From NCBI GenBank assembly GCA_020060845.1, contig JAGUZK010000045.1, positions 8,685 through 72,684 of the forward strand: a stretch of 64,000 nt of DNA, given 5' to 3'. A program made the position numbers and the translations under genes. The stretch is from Candidatus Woesebacteria bacterium (lineage in GTDB: Bacteria > Patescibacteriota > Microgenomatia > UBA8517). The notes under the pieces are model-generated. The model did not search any database. It worked only from the letters and a program-made list of their open reading frames with translations, and was not told where the DNA came from. Shown one piece after another: positions 48,131 to 59,139 of the stretch. Positions within the stretch are counted from its first letter, which is position 1. Each line of letters begins with the position of its first letter.

Positions 48131-49189
48131 TTAATTCATTCGCTCATTCATTTCATACAAGGCTACAATAAAAAGCGATTCACTCCATCCAAGAGGAGTA
48201 TTTTCATTATATTCCGGGCTATTCGAGAAATAAAGCTCTGGAAGTCCCTCAGGTGTATCAATAGCAATGAGATCCTTTATTAGTTCATTTGCTTTTTCGC
48301 GATCACCCAGCTTTTCATAAATTATTGCCAGCCAAGCAAGTCCGAATGTCCACTCAGCCTCCTCGCTTACTTGATCCTCGTTCTTATTGTAGTATCGATC
48401 GCCCTTGTAGCGAATAACACCTCTTTCTCTTAGAAGATGATATTCAACATTTTCTAGTATCTGATCACGCTGATTCTCACTCACCACATCATACGGCCAG
48501 ATTAAAGACAAAAGCGCAAGATCAACAAACTTACTCTTTGATTCGCGTGGAAGTAGCTCATTTAACGAATCCTCACCCTTTTTAATAAGACTAATTGGCA
48601 CCGATATCTGAGGCACTCTGGAGATTGATCTTAACCCTGCAACACATGCCCCTACACTTGATGCATGCAGTTCTTCATTCTCCTCCCATACCCCCGAATC
48701 TGGATCCTTCCAGTACTCAATAGCCTCAAGATATCTAACTAGCTTGTTAACAATGCGAAAATGATCAACAGTCTTAAGAATGGATCTTTTTTGGTTTATC
48801 TCAAGCTCGCCCAATCTAAATAGGATACAGCCAATAGCATCATTTTGCTTATTTCCCCACTCTTCCCAAAATTCATCAAAAGTATCTGGATGAAAACGAG
48901 CGTGAATTCTCTTAAAGGACTCTTTTGGGTGCTCGGCAATGGCCCAGTCAATTTTATCCTCATAGCGCAAAAAAATATTCAATATCGCCTTGTATGTTCT
49001 CTCCACAGTCTTCCAATCACCCAATACCTCAAAAGCAATTGTTTCATAAAAATTATCCCTTAGCCAAGATTTATCGTAGCCAGTTGAGACTCCCTTCTTT
49101 GAAGCTAAAAAAAGACCCGATTTTGACTTAAGACCACGCAATATCTGAACATGCTTTTTGATTAGCTGATCGTATGTGAGTCTTGCCAT
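48131..49189 (-). CDS. GH15-related (glucoamylase/six-hairpin glycosidase-like) protein
   Basis: 352 aa with a WLRDN motif near the N-terminus. It is short for GH15, so the call is tentative. Confidence 0.4.
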   Translation of the reverse strand: MARLTYDQLIKKHVQILRGLKSKSGLFLASKKGVSTGYDKSWLRDNFYETIAFEVLGDWKTVERTYKAILNIFLRYEDKIDWAIAEHPKESFKRIHARFHPDTFDEFWEEWGNKQNDAIGCILFRLGELEINQKRSILKTVDHFRIVNKLVRYLEAIEYWKDPDSGVWEENEELHASSVGACVAGLRSISRVPQISVPISLIKKGEDSLNELLPRESKSKFVDLALLSLIWPYDVVSENQRDQILENVEYHLLRERGVIRYKGDRYYNKNEDQVSEEAEWTFGLAWLAIIYEKLGDREKANELIKDLIAIDTPEGLPELYFSNSPEYNENTPLGWSESLFIVALYEMNERMN

Positions 49190-49235
49190 CTAAGATAAAA
49201 AACATCTAATTCATTTTTATATTACCACAGCAAGC

Positions 49236-49853
49236 TTATGAAGAATGCAGAGATCTCTTGAAACGATTTTCAACCTCCTCCCAGTTAACCACATTCCACC
49301 AAGCATCAATATATTCAGCACGCCTATTTTGATATTTCAAGTAATATGCATGTTCCCAGACATCGATTCCTAATATGGGGATATTTCCATGTGAGATTGG
49401 GCTATTTTGAAACGAGTGACGTTTAAGAGACAACCTCCGCTCAGGGGTAACTATCAGAAAAGCCCATCCACTGCCAAAAACTCCCATCGCTTTTTGGGTA
49501 AACTGTTCCTTAAATGCCAATAGACTCCCAAAGGTAGAGTTTATCGCGTCCAAGAGCGCACCTTCAGGCTGTTTTTTTGGATTTGGTGCCATAATCTCCC
49601 AGAACAAGCTGTGGTTTGCATGGCCTCCTCCATTGTTGATAACCGCCATCCTAATATCCTCAGGGACAGCTTCTAAATCAGATAAAATTTCCTCAATGGG
49701 TTTCTTATAAAAATCTGGATACTTCTCAAGCGCCTTGTTGAGGTTATCAACATATGCCTGATGGTGCTTGGTGTGGTGGATCCTCATTGTTGCTTCATCA
49801 ATATACGGCTCAAGAGAGTTATATTGATATCTTAGTACCGGAAGAGTAAACAT
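49236..49853 (-). CDS. sodA: Fe/Mn superoxide dismutase
   Basis: HHTKHHQAYVDNLN, DVWEHAYY. Confidence 0.9.
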   Translation of the reverse strand: MFTLPVLRYQYNSLEPYIDEATMRIHHTKHHQAYVDNLNKALEKYPDFYKKPIEEILSDLEAVPEDIRMAVINNGGGHANHSLFWEIMAPNPKKQPEGALLDAINSTFGSLLAFKEQFTQKAMGVFGSGWAFLIVTPERRLSLKRHSFQNSPISHGNIPILGIDVWEHAYYLKYQNRRAEYIDAWWNVVNWEEVENRFKRSLHSS

Positions 49854-49928
49854 ACCTTTACTATAATACGTTTATCCCATGCTAGTAGTCAATCCACAAC
49901 TTACTAATAGGGTCAATATGGCTGGACT

Positions 49929-50891
49929 TTATGCGTATTCAATCCTTATCATCCTATTAAAAAATTTTTCTTGTGTAGGAAAATTGTTTACTGCCCTTCT
50001 TGCCAACACCTCATCGTCGTCAAAATATAGATAGTGGATCATGTCTGAAGCAGACAGCGATGGCAGAAGCTGAAACAAAGACCTGAGGACTATTTCTCTT
50101 TTAACATCTGCTCTTCTTTCCCGAAGTAGATCCATTAGACCAACTCCTCTTTTTTCCGACATCAATTTGTATTTCCATGACAACAGCACTGAAATTGATA
50201 GGGCATTAATTAACCACTGTATCGCCATAGTTTCAAGCATCCTTTCAGCGATGCTCTCCCTTTTGCCAGATGCAAAATAAATCAGATGAGCAGTCTCATG
50301 GTCCCATACCCTTCTTAAATTCACAACACCACCATTGGCCAATACTTGCCCGGTATTTATATAAATAACAGGTTTTTCACCCAGAAAATACATTCCTTCG
50401 AGTTTAAATAAGGAAGGCACTGAACCTAATAGATCTATAAGAATTTTAGAGATAACATCATTATCATTATTACCACGAACCCGATCTTTATCTTCCATCA
50501 TCATTCTTACTTCGGAGTATGGCCTTGCGCCTAGACTTATTACCAATCCTTTATCTATAAGTCTTTCAACTCTAGGGTAGTATGCTGGAGAGACCATACG
50601 ATCCGCCCTTGAAAGGATATTTTCTTTAACTTTGATCACATCTACAACAACATTCACTTTTCGACCATCACTCTCAATGCCAACATTATCAATTATCTCA
50701 ATTCCAGTTTCTGCCACTCCCTCATCTTTTCCTGGATATCCCCCTTCGTGGCCACAAGAAGCGGTCTGGAAATCTCCAACAACACCTTCACCTATCCTTT
50801 GTATCCCATTCGGTAAGAAAGCTAGAGCACTTAATTCTAAAACCTCCAAAAACTCTCTTCTGCTAAGTTGTTTTGGCAATCGTTCTCTCAT
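49929..50891 (-). CDS. hypothetical protein with HExxH motif (possible zinc metallopeptidase-like)
   Basis: 320 aa; HETAH is present but not confirmed in a peptidase context. Confidence 0.35.
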   Translation of the reverse strand: MRERLPKQLSRREFLEVLELSALAFLPNGIQRIGEGVVGDFQTASCGHEGGYPGKDEGVAETGIEIIDNVGIESDGRKVNVVVDVIKVKENILSRADRMVSPAYYPRVERLIDKGLVISLGARPYSEVRMMMEDKDRVRGNNDNDVISKILIDLLGSVPSLFKLEGMYFLGEKPVIYINTGQVLANGGVVNLRRVWDHETAHLIYFASGKRESIAERMLETMAIQWLINALSISVLLSWKYKLMSEKRGVGLMDLLRERRADVKREIVLRSLFQLLPSLSASDMIHYLYFDDDEVLARRAVNNFPTQEKFFNRMIRIEYA

Positions 50892-50968
50892 AACAGCATG
50901 CTATTATAAAGCAACTTCATGGATCTTCAAAATCGCACGCTTCCTGCATTTGAATTCTTTAGAGAGAT

Positions 50969-51307
50969 TTGTATACTAAACACATGACACGATATAAAGA
51001 TTACTTCGACAAGATGCTTTCTGAGAACAAAGACTTATTCGATGAATTTTCAAGACTCCATGATAGATACGCACTTAACAAGTCCGCTCTGCAGGAAGAA
51101 TTTAATAAGATAGGACAGAAAGTTCTTGAAATCGTCCACGAATATGAAAACCGGCTTTGCGCAAATACTGAACGCGGAATATACAGTAATTTTTCAGCTA
51201 CCCTAGCTGAAAAATTTCAGAACGAAGTGAGACAAGCCTTTCCATTGATCGACCATATCGGATTAAAGGCCGATGGGTTTACTATCAAAAAGATTAACCT
51301 CTCCTAA
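50969..51307 (+). CDS. hypothetical protein
   Basis: 112-aa ORF. Confidence 0.35.
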   Translation: MYTKHMTRYKDYFDKMLSENKDLFDEFSRLHDRYALNKSALQEEFNKIGQKVLEIVHEYENRLCANTERGIYSNFSATLAEKFQNEVRQAFPLIDHIGLKADGFTIKKINLS

Positions 51308-51324
51308 GTAAGGACCACTTTGCT

Positions 51325-51942
51325 TTATTTAAGAAAGTCTATGTTTTCATCAAGTTGAGGAGTTGAGATCGAAGAATCCTCTAAACTTTTTTCGATAATT
51401 TCATTAAGAAGAACCTTTGCATCCTCCTCAATCTTTAATATCTCTGCATCATCAGCATACAAAGAAGGTTCCGTCCTCTGAAAGGGAGGTACAGTGGGAG
51501 CTTTGGATGGAACAAAAGTTCCTTGATCTTTGCTATTCCCAAGATACTTGTTCAACCGTACGACCACAAAAAAGATTATCAAACCAAAAAAAACTACCAT
51601 AAACAGATTGACCACTTTTCTAGTAAAACTAACATCCACTACATTCTTTGCGTAAGACAATCCTTTTTGCCCAAGCATCTTTCTTTTTTCAGCACTGGGA
51701 GCCGTTCTAGACAAAATCTCGAGGGCAACTTTTTGGATCATGCCCCTTGCCTTCTTGAAATCCTCTTTGACGCTATCCTCTTCAATCTGTGCGGGTTCAA
51801 CTTTCGGCTCCTGCTTAACACTTTCTGGGATTTTTCTCACCGGCCTACCCATAAGCATTGAAAACCAGGTATTGATAGCACTAGATAAGACCTCAAATAC
51901 ACTCTTTTTGGACCCTTTTTCTTGTAAATTATCGTCGGCCAT
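51325..51942 (-). CDS. hypothetical membrane protein
   Basis: 205 aa with a single internal TM helix. Confidence 0.4.
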   Translation of the reverse strand: MADDNLQEKGSKKSVFEVLSSAINTWFSMLMGRPVRKIPESVKQEPKVEPAQIEEDSVKEDFKKARGMIQKVALEILSRTAPSAEKRKMLGQKGLSYAKNVVDVSFTRKVVNLFMVVFFGLIIFFVVVRLNKYLGNSKDQGTFVPSKAPTVPPFQRTEPSLYADDAEILKIEEDAKVLLNEIIEKSLEDSSISTPQLDENIDFLK

Positions 51943-51948
51943 AGTAAT

Positions 51949-52803
51949 CTAGATTACATCTTTTGTCTTGATTTCGTTTATTGCCTCAATGAACTTAAAA
52001 ATCGCGTCCTTCTGATAGCCTGTGGATTCTGCCAATGACTTTATTATCCCATTGTATGCTGATACATCCTTCACTTTTCCCTTCAATATTTCCCCATAGA
52101 CACTGGCTCTCTTGTCGTTACTTCTTTTAATGATAACTTCAACCTCAGCGAGATACCTATCAATTACCTGAACCTTCCTAACATCAAGCGCAAAACCTTC
52201 CCTTGTATCAGCCCGTATTACATCAAACCTTTTTCTAAACCCCCAAAACAGGTTCTCAAGGCGATCCGCATAATCTTGGGTCTTTGCATATGATATGTTA
52301 AGAAGGATTTCATAGATCAATGGATCCGTTAGAGTCCTTTTTCTTGTCTGAGCCTCTTTGGAATCCTCAGTTAAATCCTCCAGGCTAGCTGCACTGGGTA
52401 ATGACAGAATATGGGTTTCATACCATTTAACCTCTTCATCTACCTTTGTCTGTAATCTGCCTGCAGTTTCGTCATTAAATCCATCAGTATCCTTGTACTT
52501 CTTCATTAGCATATCAAGGTAATAGATTATTACCTCGTCCCTTAGCTTTAGAATCGATTGACCGGCGTCAATAAGTGCGCTTTCCGACTTTGGTGTGCGA
52601 CTGCGCAAATGCTGTGCCTTTGCTGTCACATACAGGTCATACACTTTCTTATATTCTTCGAGTTTACTAAGATATTGGCTGTAAGATTTATCAAAGCTGG
52701 CTCTTGCTGAAGAAGCTGGATCCTCAACCTCTTGCGCAACAACAAATTTTACACCTACCCAAAAATAAACAAGGATTAGAAATAAAAATAAAGCCTTTCT
52801 CAT
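51949..52803 (-). CDS. hypothetical secreted protein
   Basis: 284 aa with an N-terminal signal sequence. Confidence 0.4.
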   Translation of the reverse strand: MRKALFLFLILVYFWVGVKFVVAQEVEDPASSARASFDKSYSQYLSKLEEYKKVYDLYVTAKAQHLRSRTPKSESALIDAGQSILKLRDEVIIYYLDMLMKKYKDTDGFNDETAGRLQTKVDEEVKWYETHILSLPSAASLEDLTEDSKEAQTRKRTLTDPLIYEILLNISYAKTQDYADRLENLFWGFRKRFDVIRADTREGFALDVRKVQVIDRYLAEVEVIIKRSNDKRASVYGEILKGKVKDVSAYNGIIKSLAESTGYQKDAIFKFIEAINEIKTKDVI

Positions 52804-52852
52804 ACTTTTAATTTACCCTTATTTTTAGTCCCTTACAATACCGTCCTATCCT

Positions 52853-53497
52853 TCATATAAACAATCCAACAGGAACTGAAGAAAAATCCTCAACTACTAA
52901 GTCTGCGCGGTCAAACACTGGGTGGTCAAAATTATTATGGAGGATAACACCGACCTTCATACCAGCTTTTTTTGCTGCAATAACCCCACTTGATGCATCC
53001 TCGAATACAAAACATTCAAATGGATGCACTTTTAATTTCCTGGCACACAACAAAAAAATTTCCGGATCTGGCTTTTTATTCTCAACATCCTCCCCTGTGA
53101 CAATTGCATCAAATAAATTATCAATCTCCAGCAGTTTCCCTATTTTATAAACAATTCCTCTACTATTGGAGGTGGCCAAAGCAAGTTTAATCCCACCTTT
53201 TTTTAATTTGATGGCAAATTCCCTAAATCCAGGAGTAAGCCTTGATTGGTCAATCATTCTTTCGAACTCATCTTGAGTTTCTTGGGCAAGGTCGGAGGGT
53301 GTTTTGTCGGTCTGTAAATCAAATCTCCGGAAAAAATTCTCCCAGTTTTCTACAATACCGATACCTCGCTCATGGCAGAACTCATGGCTTGGATTTACGC
53401 CGTACCTTGCTAGAACTATCTTAAAAGCCTTCTCATAGACTAACTCATGATCAGCAACGGTACCATCTTGGTCAAAAATCACAGCCTTAAATCTCAT
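52853..53497 (-). CDS. HAD-family hydrolase (beta-phosphoglucomutase-like)
   Basis: Motif I AVIFDQDGTV, then motifs II and III. Confidence 0.75.
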   Translation of the reverse strand: MRFKAVIFDQDGTVADHELVYEKAFKIVLARYGVNPSHEFCHERGIGIVENWENFFRRFDLQTDKTPSDLAQETQDEFERMIDQSRLTPGFREFAIKLKKGGIKLALATSNSRGIVYKIGKLLEIDNLFDAIVTGEDVENKKPDPEIFLLCARKLKVHPFECFVFEDASSGVIAAKKAGMKVGVILHNNFDHPVFDRADLVVEDFSSVPVGLFI

Positions 53498-54966
53498 TTT
53501 TCAATCCTTGATTTACGGGGAGTCACCCTTATCCCAGCTGCCGTATCTTCAACACGAAATCCCATTGATTCTATCCTTTCTCTTAGCTCGTCAGCAGCCT
53601 TAAAGTCGCCAGCCTTCCTTAAAGACTCTCTTTTCCGAATCAGATCCTCAACTTCTTTGGGAATTTCAAATAACTCAGATTCAAGACTAGAAAGACCCAA
53701 CCCCAATACCTCGTCAAAGGTCAATACCAGATCATACTTGTCCTCAGAAGGGATATTACTTTTAAGTGCCTGCCAAAGAACTGCCAGTGCTTTTGATGTA
53801 TTTAGATCATCCTCCACAGCATCTCTAAAGCTGGTGGAAAAATCATTAATTTTCCTCTCTTTCTCACTTGAGAGAATGGTCCTATTCTTGTCAGTTTTTG
53901 CAGATAAGACCAGGTCTCGAAGATTATCCAGTGACTTTTGTGCAGCATCAATACTTCTCCATGTAAAGTTAAGTGTATCCCTATAGTGCGCGCCAAGGTA
54001 TAGATAGCGCAGTGCCAAAGGTTCATAACCTTTATCCTCAATATCATGCAAAGTATATGCGTTTCCAAGGGACTTCCCCATTCTTCTGCCATCAACCTTC
54101 AAAAATTCTCCATGCATCCAGTACTTTGCTGGAATCTTCCCTGTTGCGGCAAGTGACTGAGCAATTTCATTTGTATGGTGGATCGCTATGTGGTCAACCC
54201 CGCCGGTATGAATATCAAATTGTTCACCCAAATACTTCATACTCATCGCTGAACATTCTATATGCCAACCTGGAAAGCCAACTCCCCATGGTGAGTCCCA
54301 TTCCATATGACGCCGATTTGACGGATCATCGGTCTGTGGATTAAAGCTTCTGCCACCAACATAGGAGAATTTCCACAAGGCAAAATCGAAGGGATTTCTT
54401 TTTTGGGGATCCTCCTTTAGTTCCTCCCTAGTTGCAACCCTTTTGTCTATCATCTTCTGGCCTCCCAGTATCCCATAACTGGGTAATTTGGAAACATCAA
54501 AATATACTCCAAGGTCAGTCACATAGGTAAACCCCTTTTCCTCAATTTTTTTTATAAGAGCAATCTGGTCTCCTATATGATCTGTAGCTGAGACAAAATG
54601 TGTGGGAGGCAAGATATTTAACTTAGTTCTGCTTTCCACAAAGTCTTTAGTATAAAATCGGGCTACCTCCCAAGCAGTTTTTCCTTCCTGCTTGGCAGCT
54701 TTTTCTATCCTATCCTCACCAACATCAGCATCACCAACATTATCACCGGTTAGATGACCAACATCGGTAATATTCATAACATGCACCACATCGTATCCCA
54801 AAAAAATAAGCGCTCTTCTTAGGACATCCTCAAAAACAAATGTCCGCCAATTTCCAATATGGGGATAGTAATAGACAGTGGGGCCACATGTATAAAGACC
54901 AACACGAGGAGGCTTAATGGGTGAAAAATCCTCCAGCCTGCGGGTAAGCGTGTTATAGATTCTCAT
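53494..54966 (-). CDS. cysS: cysteine--tRNA ligase
   Basis: HIGN (CGPTVYYYPHIGN) and KMSKS (RMGKSLGN) motifs with zinc-binding Cys residues. The ORF track begins at 54984; MRIYNTL at 54966 is the likelier start. Confidence 0.9.
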   Translation of the reverse strand: MRIYNTLTRRLEDFSPIKPPRVGLYTCGPTVYYYPHIGNWRTFVFEDVLRRALIFLGYDVVHVMNITDVGHLTGDNVGDADVGEDRIEKAAKQEGKTAWEVARFYTKDFVESRTKLNILPPTHFVSATDHIGDQIALIKKIEEKGFTYVTDLGVYFDVSKLPSYGILGGQKMIDKRVATREELKEDPQKRNPFDFALWKFSYVGGRSFNPQTDDPSNRRHMEWDSPWGVGFPGWHIECSAMSMKYLGEQFDIHTGGVDHIAIHHTNEIAQSLAATGKIPAKYWMHGEFLKVDGRRMGKSLGNAYTLHDIEDKGYEPLALRYLYLGAHYRDTLNFTWRSIDAAQKSLDNLRDLVLSAKTDKNRTILSSEKERKINDFSTSFRDAVEDDLNTSKALAVLWQALKSNIPSEDKYDLVLTFDEVLGLGLSSLESELFEIPKEVEDLIRKRESLRKAGDFKAADELRERIESMGFRVEDTAAGIRVTPRKSRIEK

Positions 54967-54973
54967 CTGAAAT

Positions 54974-55774
54974 CTAGATATCAAAATTCATGTACTTAGA
55001 ACTATATTTCTTATCCAAATCAACTTTATAGTACCACTCAAAGTGATTTTTAGAAAGAAAAAGCCAAAGAGGAAATCTCAATTTGATTTGTGCAAATCGT
55101 TGGCTTCTGTGGCACTTTACAGCCATCCACTTTCTCACCCATGCTATACCAATATCTAGATAATGTGTCGGGGTACAAAAAAACTGAGAAACCTCGCTAG
55201 GCACAAACATTCTTTTTAATCTTCTGTCCAACGATACCCAAAAAAGACTAAATTCATCTTTTGCGCGTGTGTTAAGATATCTTGCAATCTTTAGTGTCTC
55301 CTTTGACAAAGCAATATGGTCGGGGTGTCCAGTTAACCCGGAATGGTCATAAGTAATAATCATCGAGGGTCTCTCCTTAAAGATAGTTTTTTTAAGCCAA
55401 GAAGACCAGCTATTCCTTTCATTCTTCAACTTTCCATCACTAAAGTCCCCGATTATAAGTCTATTTACTCCAAGACGGGAACACGCCATCCTCAACTCAT
55501 GTTCTCTAACTTGTGCTAATGATTTGCCTTTAGGATGAATATGAATTTTACCGGCGCCACCCCTGGTAAGTGTAACTACCACTGTATAAATCCCCATCCT
55601 CCCAGCTATATATAATAATCCCCCAGTCATCATCGATTCATCATCTGGATGAGGAAATACAACCATAATCTTTTTTCCTTTTAACCTCTCCAGATGCCCT
55701 GTCAGACTTTCCATAAAAAAATAAAAAAACCAAGCCAAAGCTCGGTCTTGATCAACTTGCACGCAGCCTGCCAA
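54974..55774 (-). CDS. PIG-L/LmbE-family N-acetylglucosaminyl deacetylase
   Basis: VVFPHPDDE motif and a downstream HxxH. Confidence 0.7.
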   Translation of the reverse strand: MAGCVQVDQDRALAWFFYFFMESLTGHLERLKGKKIMVVFPHPDDESMMTGGLLYIAGRMGIYTVVVTLTRGGAGKIHIHPKGKSLAQVREHELRMACSRLGVNRLIIGDFSDGKLKNERNSWSSWLKKTIFKERPSMIITYDHSGLTGHPDHIALSKETLKIARYLNTRAKDEFSLFWVSLDRRLKRMFVPSEVSQFFCTPTHYLDIGIAWVRKWMAVKCHRSQRFAQIKLRFPLWLFLSKNHFEWYYKVDLDKKYSSKYMNFDI

Positions 55775-55869
55775 AACAAGCTACGGCAAGAGGGAAAAAC
55801 AACAATCAAAACTTATACTGTTCTTATTCATATTTCCATAGCATACCACAGAAAAAATTGTTTGCCAAC

Positions 55870-56316
55870 CTACCTTCCTCCCTTGAGCCATTCACCTGTC
55901 CCTTTTGGACGCTTAAAAATACCTGGCAATCCTATCTTTCTTTTGGGTGGAGTAATTATCTCCGAGATCTTTTTCCTCTTTTTTTCCTCATCTCTCCTTT
56001 GCTCCTCCATAACCCTTGCCTCCTTGGCACGGCGTTCTTCCTCACGAGCTAATTTCAACTTTTCTAACTCCCTCTCTAAATAGTCAAGTCTGACTTGAGT
56101 AGCTTTACTATAATCCTCTGCAGGTACTGCGTCTTCTTTTTGGACTGAGCTTGCGGGCCCTTTTGATTTCATCTCACTCCCGGCAGGCTTTAAGCCGGCT
56201 GCCTCGGACACCGCCTGTTTCGGGATCTCAATAAGCTCCCCAGCTATCTGCTTTGCGGTCTGGACGGCCGCCTGCTTGGCCACATTTCCTGCGGACTTCA
56301 TTGCTGTCTTAATCAT
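55870..56316 (-). CDS. hypothetical charged/coiled-coil protein
   Basis: 148-aa ORF. Confidence 0.35.
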   Translation of the reverse strand: MIKTAMKSAGNVAKQAAVQTAKQIAGELIEIPKQAVSEAAGLKPAGSEMKSKGPASSVQKEDAVPAEDYSKATQVRLDYLERELEKLKLAREEERRAKEARVMEEQRRDEEKKRKKISEIITPPKRKIGLPGIFKRPKGTGEWLKGGR

Positions 56317-56513
56317 TTTTCTTTTTTAGGTTCTCCTTGTCTCTCCACTATCCCAATCACGCTATTATTTTTCTCCCGTCTTTCCCCAATAATCCCAGAT
56401 ACCCACTTCTAAAATTTTGCCAATTCCAACCCAACATTCGTTGGCGGAAACTTATTACCAAAAGTTGCTTCTCCCCTTTCCCTATCAAAATTTTCCATGC
56501 TAATCACCTCCTG

Positions 56514-57122
56514 TCACATCTGCCTTCTTCCCTCGATAGCCTGTGTCAGAGTCATCTCATCAGCATACTCCAAATCAGCTCCCGTTGGTATTCCCATACC
56601 AAGCCTCGAAATTTTAACCTCCACACCTGAATTTCTAATCAGTCTTGCGATATACATTGCAGTTGCGTCTCCTTCCATGTTTGGATTGGTAGCAATAATA
56701 ACCTCCCGAATACCTTTATCCCAATCCTTGATCCTCAACAAAAGCTCTTTAATAAAGATTTCATCTGGGCCAATATCTTCCAACGGATTTATAGCACCAT
56801 GCAAAACATGATACAAACCTTTGTACTTTGATGTCTTCTCAATCGCCAGTGTATCAAGAGGGTGCTCTACCACCATTATCTTTTCTCTATCTCGATTACT
56901 ATCAGTACAAACACTGCAAGGGTCGCCTTCTGATACATTTTTACATATAGAGCACAGGAGGGTATTTTTTTTGAGATTTTCAAGACTTTTTGCAAAATCC
57001 GAAAGCTGAGCCTGGGGGACATGCAAAAGATAATAAGCCAGACGCTGTGCCGTCTTGGGACCAATCCCCGGAAGCCTTTCAAACGACTCGATTAAATCAG
57101 TCAATGCCTGTGGAACCTTCAT
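56514..57122 (-). CDS. recR: recombination protein RecR
   Basis: HhH (LPGIGPKTAQRLA), C4 zinc finger and Toprim domain. Confidence 0.9.
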   Translation of the reverse strand: MKVPQALTDLIESFERLPGIGPKTAQRLAYYLLHVPQAQLSDFAKSLENLKKNTLLCSICKNVSEGDPCSVCTDSNRDREKIMVVEHPLDTLAIEKTSKYKGLYHVLHGAINPLEDIGPDEIFIKELLLRIKDWDKGIREVIIATNPNMEGDATAMYIARLIRNSGVEVKISRLGMGIPTGADLEYADEMTLTQAIEGRRQM

Positions 57123-57184
57123 ACCTTGTAATTCTAAACTTAGACTGCACCCTGTACAAGGAGAATGTGTGCAGTTCGACCTCC

Positions 57185-57469
57185 TTATCCAAGACCACCC
57201 AGAAGACTGCCTAATCCACCACCTTCGTCCATCAACTTTTTAGCAACTTTTTTTTGGACCTCTTTCATTGCCCTATTAATAATCTTGACAAGGTCACTTC
57301 TCTCCTGCCCATCAATTTCTATCCACAAGACTTCTTGCGCACCATTTACTTTTACTCTTACTCCATTTTCTTCTTCAACATGCTCAACCTGCTCAAACTT
57401 CTTCTTCAGCTGAGCAGCTTGCTGGCGCGCCTGCAAGATCTGTTTTCCTTGTCTTAACTTATCAAACAT
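57185..57469 (-). CDS. ybaB: nucleoid-associated protein YbaB/EbfC
   Basis: 94 aa, in the canonical dnaX-ybaB-recR arrangement. Confidence 0.85.
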   Translation of the reverse strand: MFDKLRQGKQILQARQQAAQLKKKFEQVEHVEEENGVRVKVNGAQEVLWIEIDGQERSDLVKIINRAMKEVQKKVAKKLMDEGGGLGSLLGGLG

Positions 57470-57522
57470 AAAAAGTAATAATCAATAATACATCTATCCC
57501 CTTGGGTTTGCAATACAGTTAG

Positions 57523-59112
57523 TCAAAATTTATTTTGACCTTGGTTAAAAATCTTCTCAGCAACTTTGACAATGTCATCATCTTCCTCGCTCAGTACTGC
57601 CTCGCTAGTGTGGCTTCCATCTTTGATTTCTCCGTTTCCATCCTCAGCTCCATCGGCTTTGCCCAAAGTCTTCGAGGCAAACCCATTCTGGGGAGGTGAA
57701 CCTAGCTTGCAGGCAACAATTATATCCTTCCCCAAAACTTGCGAGATAGATTTTTCCAGAATGGTCCTGTGAGGATTCGATTCAAGACGCTCTTTATGGA
57801 AAGAATAATACACCCTAAGTGTTAGAAGCCGTCCATCAAAATTGACAGGCTTTGCAGCTCTTAGCAAGGCTTCAGTTGAAGCATTTTTCTGCCTAACGAT
57901 AGATAATGCTTTTGTCCAACTATCCCCACTTATTGCCTTAATATCTTCACTTTCTCCATTATCTTCTAGATTGAGTTTGCGCCCCTTGGAATCCTTTTCA
58001 TTATTCTCCTTTTCAAAAATCCCAGAGCGCTCATCAGTGCTAGAGCCAACTTGCGGCTTATTTGATTCATTATCGCCGACACCACCGAAAATACTAAAAC
58101 ACCAATCCGCAATAGCAATCTCAAGTGGAATCTGCTCCAGGGTCGCATATCCAATCTTAGCCAAAGAACCTATAAATAGATCCAATAGCTTTATAACATC
58201 CTCCCTTGATAGTGGAAGTGTCCCTTTTTCTTGAGTTACCTGGATTATTAATTCTTCCCTAAGCCTCTTTATCAAAAGGTCAGTAATATTTTTCACTGAG
58301 GCTCCTTTAGAGACCACACTATCAAGATAAGCTAAAGCCCGACTTGCATCTCTTGCAGCAATCATTTCAAGAAATGATTGAGTATCAAATCCGGCAGTTT
58401 TGGATAGATATCCCCTTATCTCCTCTGGAGTCATCTTAATATTCTCATTAACAAGCATTTCTAAAAGTTTTACTGCATCACGGAAAGAGCCATCTGAGAA
58501 TTCTCCAATCACTCTCAATGCATCATCGCCTATCTTCAACTTTTCTAGCTTTGCAATTCTTTTTAGGGCCCTTAGGTACTCCTCTTCAGTCGGCTTGGTA
58601 AATCCTACAGAAACCACTCGAGACAATATTGTCGGGATAAGCTTCTCAGGATTAGTGGTAGCAAGAATAAAAAAAACATGTTCTGGAGGCTCCTCTAGGG
58701 TTTTAAGGAGAGCATTGCTTGCCTCAGGTGTTAACATATGAGCTTCGTCAATAATGTAGACTTTCTTATCAAGGCGGGAAGGTGCAAGTTTAACAGCCTC
58801 CCTAAGGGATCTAATATCTTCAATCCCCCTGTGGCTTGCAGCATCCATCTCAATGACATCAATATTAACCCCTTTTGAGATACTGCTACATATCTCACAT
58901 TCGTTGCAGGGCTCAATACCTTTTTTATTCTTGCAATTTAAGGACTTTGCTAAAATTCTTGCCGCAGATGTTTTCCCAGTTCCTTTTGGACCATAGAAAA
59001 GAAAAGCATGCGGGATGTTGCCACTTGCCACAATTTTCCTCAAAGTCTCCCTCACGCTTGTAATATCCAGCTCATCAAAACTTTTGGCTCGATACTTAAG
59101 ATAAAATGTCAT
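57523..59112 (-). CDS. dnaX: DNA polymerase III subunit gamma/tau
   Basis: AAA+ domain (FYGPKGTGKTS), a zinc module (C..C..C) and sensor motifs. Confidence 0.85.
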   Translation of the reverse strand: MTFYLKYRAKSFDELDITSVRETLRKIVASGNIPHAFLFYGPKGTGKTSAARILAKSLNCKNKKGIEPCNECEICSSISKGVNIDVIEMDAASHRGIEDIRSLREAVKLAPSRLDKKVYIIDEAHMLTPEASNALLKTLEEPPEHVFFILATTNPEKLIPTILSRVVSVGFTKPTEEEYLRALKRIAKLEKLKIGDDALRVIGEFSDGSFRDAVKLLEMLVNENIKMTPEEIRGYLSKTAGFDTQSFLEMIAARDASRALAYLDSVVSKGASVKNITDLLIKRLREELIIQVTQEKGTLPLSREDVIKLLDLFIGSLAKIGYATLEQIPLEIAIADWCFSIFGGVGDNESNKPQVGSSTDERSGIFEKENNEKDSKGRKLNLEDNGESEDIKAISGDSWTKALSIVRQKNASTEALLRAAKPVNFDGRLLTLRVYYSFHKERLESNPHRTILEKSISQVLGKDIIVACKLGSPPQNGFASKTLGKADGAEDGNGEIKDGSHTSEAVLSEEDDDIVKVAEKIFNQGQNKF

Positions 59113-59139
59113 AAAAAAATCACAGGGCAGACCACTTTT

